DNA of 64,000 nt from Deltaproteobacteria bacterium (GCA_034670305.1 JAXMNT010000004.1:128001-192000); one strand, 5' to 3'; positions 45,025-55,304 are shown, numbered from the stretch's first letter. Numbers and translations are program-made. Notes: generated by a model from the letters alone, not told the origin.

Positions 45025-45096
45025 GGCCGAAGGCCTCCTTGAGGCGCCACCCCGCCGACCGCCTACGAGAAGGGGCGCAGACTGGAGGATGAGGTT
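45025..45096 (+). repeat. Truncated copy 3 of the structured element
   Basis: GGCCGAAGGCCTCCTTGAGGCGCC as at 518-541; 45065-45096 matches 589-620 at 30/32 nt. Confidence 0.9.
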
Positions 45097-45262
45097 CGGC
45101 TTCGGCGTTCGGATTCGGATTCGGCATCGGATTCGGCATCGGATTCGGCATCGGCATCGGCTTCGGCTTCGGCTTCGGCGTCGGCGTCGGCTTCGGCGTC
45201 GGCTTCTTCGTCGGCTTCTTCGTCGGCTTCGGCGTCGGCTTCTTCGTCGGCTTCGGCGTCGG
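45095..45262. repeat. Hexamer mosaic tract
   Basis: (TTCGGA/ATCGGC/TTCGGC/GTCGGC)n and 12-mer TCGGCTTCTTCG. Confidence 0.95.
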
Positions 45263-45310
45263 CGCCGCCCTCGCCCTCGCCGTCGCCAGTCGACCTCCCC
45301 CTCCGCGCCT

Positions 45311-46141
45311 TCATCCACCCATGATCGGCACCCGAATCTGCGGCGGCGGAAACGGCTGGTGGTTCGCCACCCGCCGAAGCCGCTCCGGCACATCCTCGAA
45401 CTCGAACTGCGTCCGATCGAGCGCCAGATGTTCGAGCGACTCGAGGTGCGCGATGGGTTCGAGCGATCGGATCTGCTTGCAGTTGCGGATGTCCAACACC
45501 TTCAGCTTCGACGCGCCCCGAAGCGGCTCCAGCGAATCGACGTGCGTGCCCGTGATGCGCACCTCCTCCAAGTCGGGCGCGGTCTCCAACCCGCCCAGGC
45601 TCGAGAGGCGCGCGTAGAGCACGCTCAGCATTCGCAGCCGTGGCATGGAGCGAGGCAGTTCCACCACCCCACAGTTGCTCAACTCCAGCTGCTCCACCGC
45701 GCCCAAACGAGCCACCACAGAGACCACACAATCCATGATCCGGAGCAGACGTACCTGTTGCCATTGGCCGAGGTTGTCTTCGCTCAAACCAAACGTCTTC
45801 GGGTCGTACTCAAACGGATCGACGTCCCCGATGACGATCCGTTCTGCGGCAGGCCACGCGCCACCCAACCTCGCTGCCATCGCCTGCGACGCTCGGACGT
45901 CCGTCAACTTCGCCCAGTAAGGGCGCGCCAGCTCCACGCGACACGCCAGGAGCACACTCGCCGGCGTCCGGCCCGCATGCCACACCCCATCCGGATCGAT
46001 CTTCAGCTCCGGCTCGATCGCCGCGAGCAGTGCACGCTCCAGCTCGGGATCGGCGAGAGACTGAACCAACGCCACCGCCTGAGCGGCGGACCCCTCGTCT
46101 CCCCGAAACAGCGCGAGGAGCTTCTCGACCGGGTGCTGCAC
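45311..46141 (-). CDS. Leucine-rich repeat protein
   Basis: LELSNCG, LRMLSV, LKVLDIRNC, LEHLALD; start uncertain. Confidence 0.75.
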   Translation of the reverse strand: MQHPVEKLLALFRGDEGSAAQAVALVQSLADPELERALLAAIEPELKIDPDGVWHAGRTPASVLLACRVELARPYWAKLTDVRASQAMAARLGGAWPAAERIVIGDVDPFEYDPKTFGLSEDNLGQWQQVRLLRIMDCVVSVVARLGAVEQLELSNCGVVELPRSMPRLRMLSVLYARLSSLGGLETAPDLEEVRITGTHVDSLEPLRGASKLKVLDIRNCKQIRSLEPIAHLESLEHLALDRTQFEFEDVPERLRRVANHQPFPPPQIRVPIMGG

Positions 46142-46191
46142 CGCCGCAGTGGACCAGCCCGCGCGGGTTCCGTCCACGACGTCGAGCCTCG

Positions 46192-46849
46192 CTACGGTGA
46201 GCGCCGCCGCCGACGGATAGCAAAGACCGCGAGTCCGATGACGAGCCCGCCACTGGGGTCCCCCCCAGCCGCACACCCGCAACCATCACGGGGACCCACT
46301 CCATCGCCGGCATCAGCGGGACCTCCATCCAAACCTCCGGTGTCCGGTGGGCCAGCATCGGGTCGAGACGGCGGGCGGAGACAGGCACAAACGCCATCCT
46401 GACAAGGCACCCGCTCACCGTCCCATTCCCCGTCGACGCATGCATCGAACGGGCACTCGCTGGACTCTGTGCAGCTCTGCGCTTCGAGGCAGCTGCTGAT
46501 CCCAGCACAGTCCCCGTACTCGAAGCATTGAACGGTTCGGTAGCCAGCGCAGACACTACTGCCGTCCAGCGTCTCCTGGACCCCATCCCTCCGGCACATC
46601 GAACTCGCGCACGTTGCAGCGGCAACCATCGTCGTCACAGATCTCTCCCCATCTGCAGCCACACCCGCAACGATCGTTCGTTTGGCACTGACTCCCCGTC
46701 GGGCAGTCGACGTTGTAGCTGCACTCGATGGAACGGGGCTCTTCGCCCGCGCACTCCAACCGCGGAGGCCCCGCGTCCGAGCACGCAGAGGCGGATTCCG
46801 CCACGAGCAATGCACCCATTGCGACGAGAGAAGCCAACAAGAACCGCAT
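46192..46849 (-). pseudogene. Cys-rich MYXO-CTERM surface protein, +1 frameshift
   Basis: Signal peptide ORF 46556-46849 continues in another frame to ...DGCGCAAGG..GLVIGLAVFAIRRRRR; removing one base at CCCC 46581-46584 gives ...EGWVQETLDG. Confidence 0.75.
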
Positions 46850-46982
46850 CCCTGAACACTAGCGGTTCGCGTCGCCGTGCACCACATGAAGACCGACTGT
46901 TTCGGACGTGTCCCAGCGTGGTGACTCCGCGGCCTTGCTGGACGAAATGGGTCCAGATTGGCGATACTGAGCCGTGGGCACG

Positions 46983-47996
46983 ATGAGATTCTCACTGTGT
47001 ATGGCCATCGGCCTCTTCGTCGCACTCTCGGCATGCGACCCAGAACCGGTCCGCCCTTCCTGCTCCGCCGCGCAACCGGAGTGCGGGATGGGCTGGAACT
47101 GCGTCGAGGGAACACGCCCACTGTGCCCGCGCCTCTGCGACCCGACCTACACCTGCTACGCGCAGGGGATCCTCGAAGTGGGCTGGAGCTGCATCGCAGA
47201 CTCGGAGTGCGTCGAAGGCGCGCACTGTCGGCTGCTCGAAGGCGGCTCCGCCCAAGAGTGCGCCGCCATCGAGTGCGTGGACACCGAGGAGTGTGGCGAG
47301 GGCGAGGTGTGCCGGAGCTTCGACTGCGTGCGCACCCTGGGCGCATCCTGCGTGGGCGCCCGCGGCGACTACGGCTGCAGCCCTGGGGAAATCTGTGTCA
47401 GCAGCGAATGTGTGCTCCCACCGATGGAGGGCGGGAACAGCTGCACCGACGAGACCGATTGCGCTGTGGGCTTGATGTGCACGCTCGACGCCAACTCGTT
47501 GCGACGGTGTTCGACATGCGCCAGCGACGCAGAATGCACCGACCCCGAGATTGCGCACTGCCACGAAGGCCAGTGCCACGTCTGCTCAGACGCGGCGTGC
47601 GACCCGGGCCTGTGCATCCGCAACCGCGGCTGCGTGGAGTGCCTCGGCGACGAGGACTGTGGCGAGGGCCAGTTCTGCGAACGCGCTCGAGGCACCCACA
47701 CCTGCCGCACCACGTGCACGCGCGGCGACGACGCCACCTGCCCAGAGTCTTCCGGCCAGTGCGCGTTCGGGGAGTACTGCGTGCGGGCGTTCGGCAGCCC
47801 GTGCGAGGAGCCCATCCGCCGCTCTCGAGAGTGCTTCGACGGCGCCTGCATCGACCGTGACGCCGACGGTGCGTTGGTCCCGGCCTACTGCACCCGCACC
47901 TGCGACCCGGACGACCTGCCCTGCGGCCCAGGTTCGGTCTGTATCGAGGACCACCGGTTCCCGGACGGCACGCAGACGGTGTGCCTGGCGATGTGA
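46983..47996 (+). CDS. Cys-rich repeat lipoprotein
   Basis: Lipobox LSAC; many C-x-x-D-x-x-C repeats. Confidence 0.85.
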   Translation: MRFSLCMAIGLFVALSACDPEPVRPSCSAAQPECGMGWNCVEGTRPLCPRLCDPTYTCYAQGILEVGWSCIADSECVEGAHCRLLEGGSAQECAAIECVDTEECGEGEVCRSFDCVRTLGASCVGARGDYGCSPGEICVSSECVLPPMEGGNSCTDETDCAVGLMCTLDANSLRRCSTCASDAECTDPEIAHCHEGQCHVCSDAACDPGLCIRNRGCVECLGDEDCGEGQFCERARGTHTCRTTCTRGDDATCPESSGQCAFGEYCVRAFGSPCEEPIRRSRECFDGACIDRDADGALVPAYCTRTCDPDDLPCGPGSVCIEDHRFPDGTQTVCLAM

Positions 47997-48077
47997 GCTG
48001 TCCTCGACCCTGCGTGTTGTGTTCGAGGGTTCTCGCATTGCATGGACCAATCGCGGTGCCGACCTCAGACTCGAACC

Positions 48078-48821
48078 GTGGACACACTCGATCTGCGAGG
48101 CGCGGATCTTCGCGGGGCGGACCTTCGGGGACGGACGTTTGCCGGCGCCAACCTGCGAGGCGCCCGCCTGGACGACGCGGATGCACGGGGGTGCGACTTC
48201 TTCGGAGCGAACCTCTCGCGCTGTTCTGCGCGCCGGACCCGCTTCGACGGCGCACGCCTCCAAGCGTCTTCGTTTGCGGGCGCAGACCTCCGGTGCGCAT
48301 CGTTGCGGGACGCCGCCCTCGCCCTCTGCGACCTCGAAGGCGCACACCTGGCGTGCATCGACCTCGGCCGAGAACGCACAACCACGATGCATCGCTACGC
48401 CCGCGAGGATGGTTTCCCGAGTTTCGGTTGTGCGATCTCAACCGGGCGCGAAGCGGGCTACTTGAGCGTCTCGAGGTTGGAGGCGCGGGACATGCACTTC
48501 GCGATCGAAGCCGCGCTCGAGTCCAGCGGCGACCTCGAGGCAGAGGTGAACGCGATCTTCGAAGCGTCCGACTGGCGGATGCGCGCGTATGGCTTCTACG
48601 CGGTGGCCCTGGTCCACCATTTCGGAGAGACCGTCTTCGCGAGCTGGCGAACCAACCTCGAACGTCCGTGGCCGCGCGAAGAAGCCCTGCTCGCAGAAGC
48701 GGTCCGCCGTTTCCTCGAGCCGGGTTCCATGACCGAGGAGCCACACCGCCTCGTGCAACGGCGTCTCACCGCCCTGAGCAAATGGCCTGCCCGAGCCAGC
48801 CACCCCCGTACGCCGAACTGA
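48078..48821 (+). CDS. Pentapeptide-repeat protein
   Basis: (GADLR)-type repeats in the N-terminal half; start uncertain. Confidence 0.8.
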   Translation: MDTLDLRGADLRGADLRGRTFAGANLRGARLDDADARGCDFFGANLSRCSARRTRFDGARLQASSFAGADLRCASLRDAALALCDLEGAHLACIDLGRERTTTMHRYAREDGFPSFGCAISTGREAGYLSVSRLEARDMHFAIEAALESSGDLEAEVNAIFEASDWRMRAYGFYAVALVHHFGETVFASWRTNLERPWPREEALLAEAVRRFLEPGSMTEEPHRLVQRRLTALSKWPARASHPRTPN

Positions 48822-48838
48822 GACCCTGACCTCGGGTG

Positions 48839-49393
48839 TCAGGAAGAGCGCTTGCGGGCGATCACCTGAACCATGCCACCGCTGTGTACCTTGGGCGGTT
48901 CGAACACGAGGTCCGTGCGGCTCTGCAACCCATCCCAGAGCCGAATGCCCCGGCCGAGGATGAGCGGCAAGAAGGTCAGACAGAGTTCATCCACCAGACC
49001 CGCGTCCAGCCCCTGCCGCACGAGATCACCGCCATCCAGGTAGACGTCCTTGCCACCCGCGGCTTGCTTCGCCTGCGCGACGAGCTCCTCGATCGGCCCC
49101 TCCACCGCGCGCGCCTTGCCGCCCCGGGGCGCAGGCGGAAGCGGATGGTGGGTGGCGACCAGCACCGGCCGATCGCCGTAGTGCCACACGTCGTAGTCGA
49201 GCGGCACCTGGTAGGTCCGCCGCCCCATGAGCAACGCGCCCACGTCCTCCATGAACGCTTCGAAGCCAAGCCCTTCGCCTCCGGGCGCGTCCGGCGGCGG
49301 CGTGTGTTCGGTCAGGAACGAGAGATCGTGGTCGGGACCGGCCACACATCCGTCGAGGGAACAGGCGAGGTAGACACGGACGCGAGAAGTCAT
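48839..49393 (-). CDS. Dihydrofolate reductase family (RibD C-terminal-like) protein
   Basis: ACSLDG, LMGRRTY, DGG, LVDEL, LGRGIRL. Confidence 0.9.
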   Translation of the reverse strand: MTSRVRVYLACSLDGCVAGPDHDLSFLTEHTPPPDAPGGEGLGFEAFMEDVGALLMGRRTYQVPLDYDVWHYGDRPVLVATHHPLPPAPRGGKARAVEGPIEELVAQAKQAAGGKDVYLDGGDLVRQGLDAGLVDELCLTFLPLILGRGIRLWDGLQSRTDLVFEPPKVHSGGMVQVIARKRSS

Positions 49394-49437
49394 GGGGGGC
49401 TCCAGGTCGGTGGCGCAGGATCACCGGACGGGAGACG

Positions 49438-49472
49438 GAAAACAAAACGCCCTGCTCGAAAGCAGGGCGTTT
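49438..49472 (-). terminator. Intrinsic terminator of tRNA-Asp
   Basis: Minus strand AAACGCCCTGCT-TTCG-AGCAGGGCGTTTTGTTTT. Confidence 0.9.
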
Positions 49473-49549
<77 letters not shown>

Positions 49550-49770
49550 AAGACTCAAAGAACTGCCGGGGTTGCCCACGGCGGAGCGACTATCTAGCGC
49601 ACGTCTCCGAGGGTGGCAAGAGATAGCAGCCGAGAATGCGACAGGGGCCCGCGGGCTGGGCAAACCGGCCGAAAAAGGCGAGAACGTAACGGATCCGCGG
49701 GTTCCGACGCGGGTCACGGCGATCCGATGCACGGAATCGCCACCCTTCCCTCTGCTCCCAGGATCTCCCG

Positions 49771-50718
49771 ATGGCCAAAGCGCTGATGTGTGCCCCCGAA
49801 CTGCTCCAGAAGGACCTGACCGGTCGCCGCATCGTGGTGACGGGGGGCAACTCGGGGATCGGCTTCGTCTGTGTGAAGCAGCTCGCGAAACAGGGCGCCC
49901 ACGTGGTGCTCGCGTGCCGGCGGGTGGGCGAAGGCGACAAGCGGGTCGCGGAGGTCCTGGCCGACCACCCGAACGCGAGCGTCGAAGTGCGGGCGCTGGA
50001 TTTGGGCGATCTGGCTTCGGTGCGCGCCTTTGCCGAAGGACTCGTTTCGGAAGGTGAGCCGCTGCACGGGTTGCTGAACAACGCCGGGGTGATGAACACC
50101 GACGAGGGCAAAACCAAAGACGGTTTCGAGACCCAGATCGGGGTGAACCACCTCGGGCACTTCTTGCTGACGGAACTCCTGGTGCCGCTCCTCGAAAAGG
50201 GCGCGCCGTCGCGCATCGTGAACGTGTCGAGCTGCTTTCACGACAAGGCGATGGGGCGCGACGGCAAGATCGTCATCGACGATCTCTTCTTCGAGAGCCG
50301 CACGTACGACGGGTGGGAAGCCTACGCCCAATCGAAGCTCGCGAACTTGCTCCACGCTCGGGCACTCACGAAACACCTCGAGGGCAAGGACATCGTCGCG
50401 GTGAGCGTGCACCCGGGCTGGGTCCGCACCGAGCTGATGCGGCACAGCATGCCCATCTGGGTCCAGAACTACATCATGCGCCCGTTCATGAAACTCGGCG
50501 GCATGATCGAACCGTGGGCGGGCGCGCAGACCTCGCTCCACGCATTGCTCGCGGACGACGTCTCTCCCGGCGCGTTCTACAGCCAGACCGGCAGCTACCG
50601 AGACAAGTCGAAGAACAAAGGAGGCTGGCCGCTCGTGAGCCCCAACCCCCAAGCCAACGACGACGCGATCGCAGACGCGCTGTGGGAGAAAAGCCGAGTC
50701 CTGGTCGGCCTCGCGTAG
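49771..50718 (+). CDS. SDR oxidoreductase (retinol dehydrogenase-like)
   Basis: TGGNSGIG, NNAG, NHLGHF, YAQSK, VHPG. Confidence 0.95.
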   Translation: MAKALMCAPELLQKDLTGRRIVVTGGNSGIGFVCVKQLAKQGAHVVLACRRVGEGDKRVAEVLADHPNASVEVRALDLGDLASVRAFAEGLVSEGEPLHGLLNNAGVMNTDEGKTKDGFETQIGVNHLGHFLLTELLVPLLEKGAPSRIVNVSSCFHDKAMGRDGKIVIDDLFFESRTYDGWEAYAQSKLANLLHARALTKHLEGKDIVAVSVHPGWVRTELMRHSMPIWVQNYIMRPFMKLGGMIEPWAGAQTSLHALLADDVSPGAFYSQTGSYRDKSKNKGGWPLVSPNPQANDDAIADALWEKSRVLVGLA

Positions 50719-50833
50719 CGGGCACAGGGCAACTGCCTGAGGAACGGGTCGAGGAGTGGGCTTTCCACAAGGAGTTCACCATGCCCGGCCCTCAGTCCAT
50801 CAGGAACCTGCACGCAGCTGCTATGAGAACGGC

Positions 50834-51202
50834 ATGATGGACGAAGAGAGCCGGGTGGAACTCGATGGCGACGACGGGCCCTTGTCGGATGGCAAGAAGG
50901 CCCGTCCGGAGCTGCCGCCGAAGCAGCGGGCGAAGGATGGCAAGACGATCGTCATTCCATGGGAGCGGCTCTCGCCCGACGCGTTGGCGGGGGTGATCGA
51001 GGAGTTCGTGACCCGCGAAGGGACCGAACATGGGCGCGACGACGTGCCGCTCGAGACCAAGGTCGCCCAGGTGAAGAAGCAGCTCGCCAAAGGCGTGGTG
51101 CTGGTGCTCTTCGATGCCGAGACCCAATCGGTGAACCTCGCCCACGCCCGCGATGTGGACTTGTCGACCGACTCGGAAGTGGAGCTGGATCCCGACTCGT
51201 AG
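50834..51202 (+). CDS. YheU/UPF0270 family protein
   Basis: [22 protein letters not shown]. Confidence 0.85.
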   Translation: MMDEESRVELDGDDGPLSDGKKARPELPPKQRAKDGKTIVIPWERLSPDALAGVIEEFVTREGTEHGRDDVPLETKVAQVKKQLAKGVVLVLFDAETQSVNLAHARDVDLSTDSEVELDPDS

Positions 51203-51220
51203 TTCTGCACGCAGCGGCCT

Positions 51221-51436
51221 TCGGAGTCGGGCATCGGCATCGGCTTCGGCTTCGGCATCGGCTTCGGCTTCGGCATCGGCATCGGCTTCGGCTTCGACTT
51301 CGGCATCGGCATCGGCTTCGGCATCGGCATCGGCATCGGCATCGGCATCGGCTTCGGCATCGGCTTCGGCATCGGCTTCGGCTTCGGCATCGGCATCGGC
51401 ATCGGCTTCGGCATCGGCTTCGGCATCGGCATCGGC
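51221..51436. repeat. Hexamer tract
   Basis: (TCGGCA/TCGGCT)n. Confidence 0.95.
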
Positions 51437-51459
51437 CTTCCGCTGCTACACTGTTCGAC

Positions 51460-52248
51460 GTGCGCTCCCTTTCCCTCCTGCTCGTCGCCCTCGTGGTCGC
51501 TTGCGACTGCGGCTCCGGCACCCCGACCCGCGACACCGGCCTCGCCGACGCCAACGGCCAGGACACCGGTGGCCAAGACGCTGCGCGCGTAGACGCGCCG
51601 CCGATCGATGCACCCAGGCGCGACGTCGGGACCCCGCCCAGCTGCGGCACCCTGCTCGCGGTGCTGCGCGACTTCCGGGCGGACCACCCGGACTTCGAGG
51701 GCAACCTCGGCAACGACCGCGGCCTCGTCGAAGACATGCTCGGTTCGGATCGCAAACCCGTCTACGCGGTGGATACGTCGCCGACCACCAGCAACGCCGC
51801 CAACTTCGATGAGTGGTACCGCGACGTCGACGGCGTGAACCAGCGGTTCGAGGTGCCGATGCCGTTGACCGAGGGCCCGGCAGGTGTCTTCGTGTTCGAA
51901 AGCGATGCGTTCTTCCCCCTCGACGGAATGGGCTGGGACGAAGAGATCGACGGACACAACTTCCACTTCACGACCGAGATCCACGCCAGCTTCCAGTACC
52001 GCGGTGGCGAGACGTTCACGTTTCGCGGCGACGACGATGTGTGGGTCTTCGTGAACGACCGGCTCGCGCTGGATCTCGGCGGCGTGCACGGCGCACAGGA
52101 AGCGACGATCGACTTCGACGCGATGGCGACCGAGCTCGGCATCGAAGTCGGCCGCCCGTACGCGCTCGAGGTGTTCCACGCGGAGCGGCACACGACCCAG
52201 TCGAACTTCCGAGTCGAGACCTCGATCGACTGCTTCATTCTCGAGTAG
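51460..52248 (+). CDS. Fibro-slime domain lipoprotein
   Basis: RDF...HPDFE, FFPLD, HNFHFTTE, GDDDVWVFVN, DLGGVH, FHAERH. Confidence 0.92.
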   Translation: MRSLSLLLVALVVACDCGSGTPTRDTGLADANGQDTGGQDAARVDAPPIDAPRRDVGTPPSCGTLLAVLRDFRADHPDFEGNLGNDRGLVEDMLGSDRKPVYAVDTSPTTSNAANFDEWYRDVDGVNQRFEVPMPLTEGPAGVFVFESDAFFPLDGMGWDEEIDGHNFHFTTEIHASFQYRGGETFTFRGDDDVWVFVNDRLALDLGGVHGAQEATIDFDAMATELGIEVGRPYALEVFHAERHTTQSNFRVETSIDCFILE

Positions 52249-52289
52249 GCGGACTTGCCGAGAGCCCGCGTTGCCCCCAATCTCGGGAA

Positions 52290-52583
52290 ATGGGTGCGCA
52301 CGAGCAGTGTCATTGCCCGCGGTGCAAGCGGGATGTCCGGGTCGAACGCCCCTGGCGCGGCTTCCGAGTGCTCTGGCGCGGCTGGCTCGGCCTGGTCGTC
52401 CTGCTCGGGCTGACGGCGCCGGTCTGGGCGACCGACCTGATGGTGATGATGCCCACCGCCTGCTTCATCCTGCTTGCGGGCGGCAGCCTCTCCACCTTCG
52501 CCAAACAACCCCCCACCTGCCGCCGCTGCAAACTCGAACTCACCGACCCCCTCCCCCCGGTCCAAAGCGTCCAGCCGTTCTGA
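52290..52583 (+). CDS. Small CxxC-hydrophobic-CxxC (LITAF-like) membrane protein
   Basis: CPRC ... hydrophobic core ... CRRC. Confidence 0.6.
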   Translation: MGAHEQCHCPRCKRDVRVERPWRGFRVLWRGWLGLVVLLGLTAPVWATDLMVMMPTACFILLAGGSLSTFAKQPPTCRRCKLELTDPLPPVQSVQPF

Positions 52584-52589
52584 GCAGAA

Positions 52590-52914
52590 AGCGGAAGCGG
52601 AAGCGGTCGCGGATCGGAAGCGGTAGCGGATTCGGAGCGGTAGCGGATCGGAAGCGGTAGCGGATTCGGAAGCGGTAGCGGATTCGGAAGCGGTAGCGGA
52701 TTCGGAAGCGGTAGCGGATTCGGAAGCGGCTTCCGTAGCGGCTTCGGTAGCGGCTTCGGATTCGGCGTCGGCTTCGGATTCGGCGTCGGCTTCGGATTCG
52801 GATTCGGCGTCGGCTTCGGATTCGGATTCGGCTTCGGCTTCGGGATCGGATTCGGGATCGGCTTCGGATTCGGAGCCAGGTGCCAGCAAAACCACGGGCA
52901 CGGGCACGGGCACG
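52590..52914. repeat. Hexamer mosaic tract
   Basis: (GCGGAA/GCGGTA/GCGGAT/TCGGAA)n, then (TTCGGA/GTCGGC/TTCGGC)n, then (CACGGG)3. Confidence 0.95.
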
Positions 52915-52933
52915 GAACCGCCTCGCCCGTCGC

Positions 52934-55132
52934 TCAGGAGTACACGGTCTCCGGCCACAACCGCGCCACCACCTCCCGCACCCGCATCTCCGCCGTCCAG
53001 TACTCGGACTCCGGATCGATCCGCCACGACCTCTCGAACGCCGCTTCGATCCACGCTTCCACGATCCGCGTGCTCGCTTCGTCTTCCACGACGACGTTCG
53101 CTTCACGCTCCCAAAAACTTGCGGTCGCGTCGAGGTTGGCCGAGCCGACGCTGACGACCTTGCCGTCGGCCGACATCAGCTTGGCGTGCACGTAAGGGCG
53201 CACCACGCCGCCCGCGCAGACGATGAGCGGGTGGTGCGGCTCGACGGTGTACTCGTAGAGCTCGAGGCCGCGGCGCACCAAAGGTTCGAGCCGCCCCTTG
53301 GTCATGTGTTCGAAGACCTCGCGGTAGAGCGGCCCGCGCACGAACGTCCCATCTCCGCGGCGCGGCAGCGCGTTGCCGGTCAGCAGGCAGACCCGCACGC
53401 CCCGACCAAGTGCTCTCCGCACCGCGGCGACCAAGGTCGACACAATCGGGAAGTCGTTGACGATGTACACGTGGTCCTCGGCCCCATCGAGGATCGCTTC
53501 GTACGCCGCCATGCCGTTCGCGTCGTCGACCGCCGCGTGCACCACGAGACGCGTGTGCGCATTGCCGACTTCAGCGGTCGGGCCGGAGAAGATGACGTCT
53601 TCGGGGTCGGCGTCGTTGGCACCCGCGTTGGTCTGCCAGGCGTCTTCGAACGACTGCCACACGTCTTGCACGAGCGGGCCGGTGACTTCGATGTGCGCGT
53701 CGAGCCAGGGGATGCGTTCGTAGGGCGTAGCGCTCGTGATCGCGACTTCGTCGAACCCTCGGTAGTAGAGGTCGCCCGCATTCCGACCACTGACGAAGGC
53801 GACGCGTTGGTCGAAGACGAACACCTTGCGGTGGTCACGTTTCTTGAGTGACTGAAGTTCGAAGAGATCCGTGGCCGGGATCGGGTCGGCAGCGCGCACT
53901 TCGACATTGGGCTCGTCGCGCAGCGCCTGCAGGATCGGGTTCTTCATGCCGAGCGCTTTGTCGCGCGAGTAGAGCGCGTCGACGAGCACCCGCACCTTCA
54001 CCCCACGACGGGCGGCGCCGATGAGCGCGGCGCTGAACCGGTCCATCAGGGCGCCGTCCTCGACGATGTAGACCTGCATGTCGACGCTCGTCGACGCCTC
54101 GTCGATCGACCGGACCACGGCTTCGCGGGCACGCCGGTTGTCGAACTCGACGTGGCACCGGTTGCCGGGACGGACGGGCGTCCGGGTGGTCTCGTCGAGC
54201 CGGAACCGAAATGGTCCGACGCGCCGGCGTCGTGCGTGAATTTCCTCTGCGGCTGCCCGAAGCTGCGCGACGAGCGCTGTCTTGACTGGCGATTCTCCCG
54301 CCTCCTCGCCGAGCGACGCGAGCATCTCCGGTGCGAGCAAGACGACGCCCTCCCCTTCGCAGCCCTCGAACTGATGCAGCTGATGGGTGATGAGGCCGAC
54401 GATCGCGACACCCGATGCGCGGCTGCGGCGGCAGGTGGTGCGCAGAAACGCGGCGTGAAAACTCGCGCCGTACGCCGACCGGTCGATGCCTTCGTGCACG
54501 TGGGAGAGCACGATCGAGGGCGGCAGGTTGAGCGCGGCGATGGACTGTTGAATCACTTCGAGGCGCGAAGCCTCGGCGAAGTCGACCCAGACGAGCGACG
54601 CCACGCGGGCCAGCGCGCCCAGCCGAACCGAGAGCGTCTCGGTGTTGATGCCGCTCATCGCGAGCGCGGCATCGACGTAGACAACGGGCTCGTCGCCAAC
54701 AATGTGCACCCGGGTCGAGCCGCCGCGCTGGACGACGACACCCGCGGGTCCGAGCGCCTCCCAGGTGCACACGTAGTGTCCGGGCGTGTCGTGGCGCGTG
54801 GTGAAGAACGCGGCACCGCCGAGCACCTCGGCTTCGCCCACCTGCACCACCTCTTCGCCGGAGGTGAGCGAGAAGCGGATCCGATCACTCAGCAACCCCC
54901 GCAGCGCAGAGGTCTCCGCGACGACTTCGAAGCTCTCCCCCGCCGCCACGATCTGGTCGTGCGAGCTGGGGCGCAGGAAACGGACGACGTCCGCGTAGCG
55001 TCGCAGCTGCTCCACCGAGCGCCCGACCAGCTCCGCCGCGCGACCGAGCAACTCGCGTCCTTCGGTCTCCTCGCTGCGCTCCTTCCACAAGCTGCGAAGG
55101 GTGGCGAGGGTGCCGCCTTCCTCTTCACTCAT
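52934..55132 (-). CDS. Phospholipase D/cardiolipin synthase-like protein with N-terminal extension
   Basis: Two HKD motifs: HRKVFVFD and HAKLMSAD...VGSAN. Confidence 0.9.
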   Translation of the reverse strand: MSEEEGGTLATLRSLWKERSEETEGRELLGRAAELVGRSVEQLRRYADVVRFLRPSSHDQIVAAGESFEVVAETSALRGLLSDRIRFSLTSGEEVVQVGEAEVLGGAAFFTTRHDTPGHYVCTWEALGPAGVVVQRGGSTRVHIVGDEPVVYVDAALAMSGINTETLSVRLGALARVASLVWVDFAEASRLEVIQQSIAALNLPPSIVLSHVHEGIDRSAYGASFHAAFLRTTCRRSRASGVAIVGLITHQLHQFEGCEGEGVVLLAPEMLASLGEEAGESPVKTALVAQLRAAAEEIHARRRRVGPFRFRLDETTRTPVRPGNRCHVEFDNRRAREAVVRSIDEASTSVDMQVYIVEDGALMDRFSAALIGAARRGVKVRVLVDALYSRDKALGMKNPILQALRDEPNVEVRAADPIPATDLFELQSLKKRDHRKVFVFDQRVAFVSGRNAGDLYYRGFDEVAITSATPYERIPWLDAHIEVTGPLVQDVWQSFEDAWQTNAGANDADPEDVIFSGPTAEVGNAHTRLVVHAAVDDANGMAAYEAILDGAEDHVYIVNDFPIVSTLVAAVRRALGRGVRVCLLTGNALPRRGDGTFVRGPLYREVFEHMTKGRLEPLVRRGLELYEYTVEPHHPLIVCAGGVVRPYVHAKLMSADGKVVSVGSANLDATASFWEREANVVVEDEASTRIVEAWIEAAFERSWRIDPESEYWTAEMRVREVVARLWPETVYS

Positions 55133-55304
55133 CGCTGTGCTCCCGCGCCCATGGCGGGATGCTGACACCGTTTGCCCGCCGCGGCAGGCGAATCAGCATC
55201 AGCCTCCAACGCAGTCGCTCAGGCCTCCTCCGACTTCGCTTCGCACGAGCGAGGACGGTCGTCGGCGCCTTGACAGGGCGCTCTCACAGCAGCCTGATCC
55301 TCCG

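Noticed and set aside
45089-45320. Arg-rich peptide [14 protein letters not shown]... from element copy 3
   Set aside because: GGAGG abuts the ATG with no spacing, and copy 1 has CTG at this position.
48068-48078. att-site duplicate of the tRNA-Asp 3' end (GACTCGAACC)
   Set aside because: Only 10 nt match and no integrase nearby; compatible with chance.
55196-55280. Possible fourth degenerate copy of the structured element (CAGCCTCCA, AGGCCTCCT, CCTTGAC words)
   Set aside because: Matches are short and in inconsistent order and orientation; TTGACA is more simply a promoter for the hydrolase.
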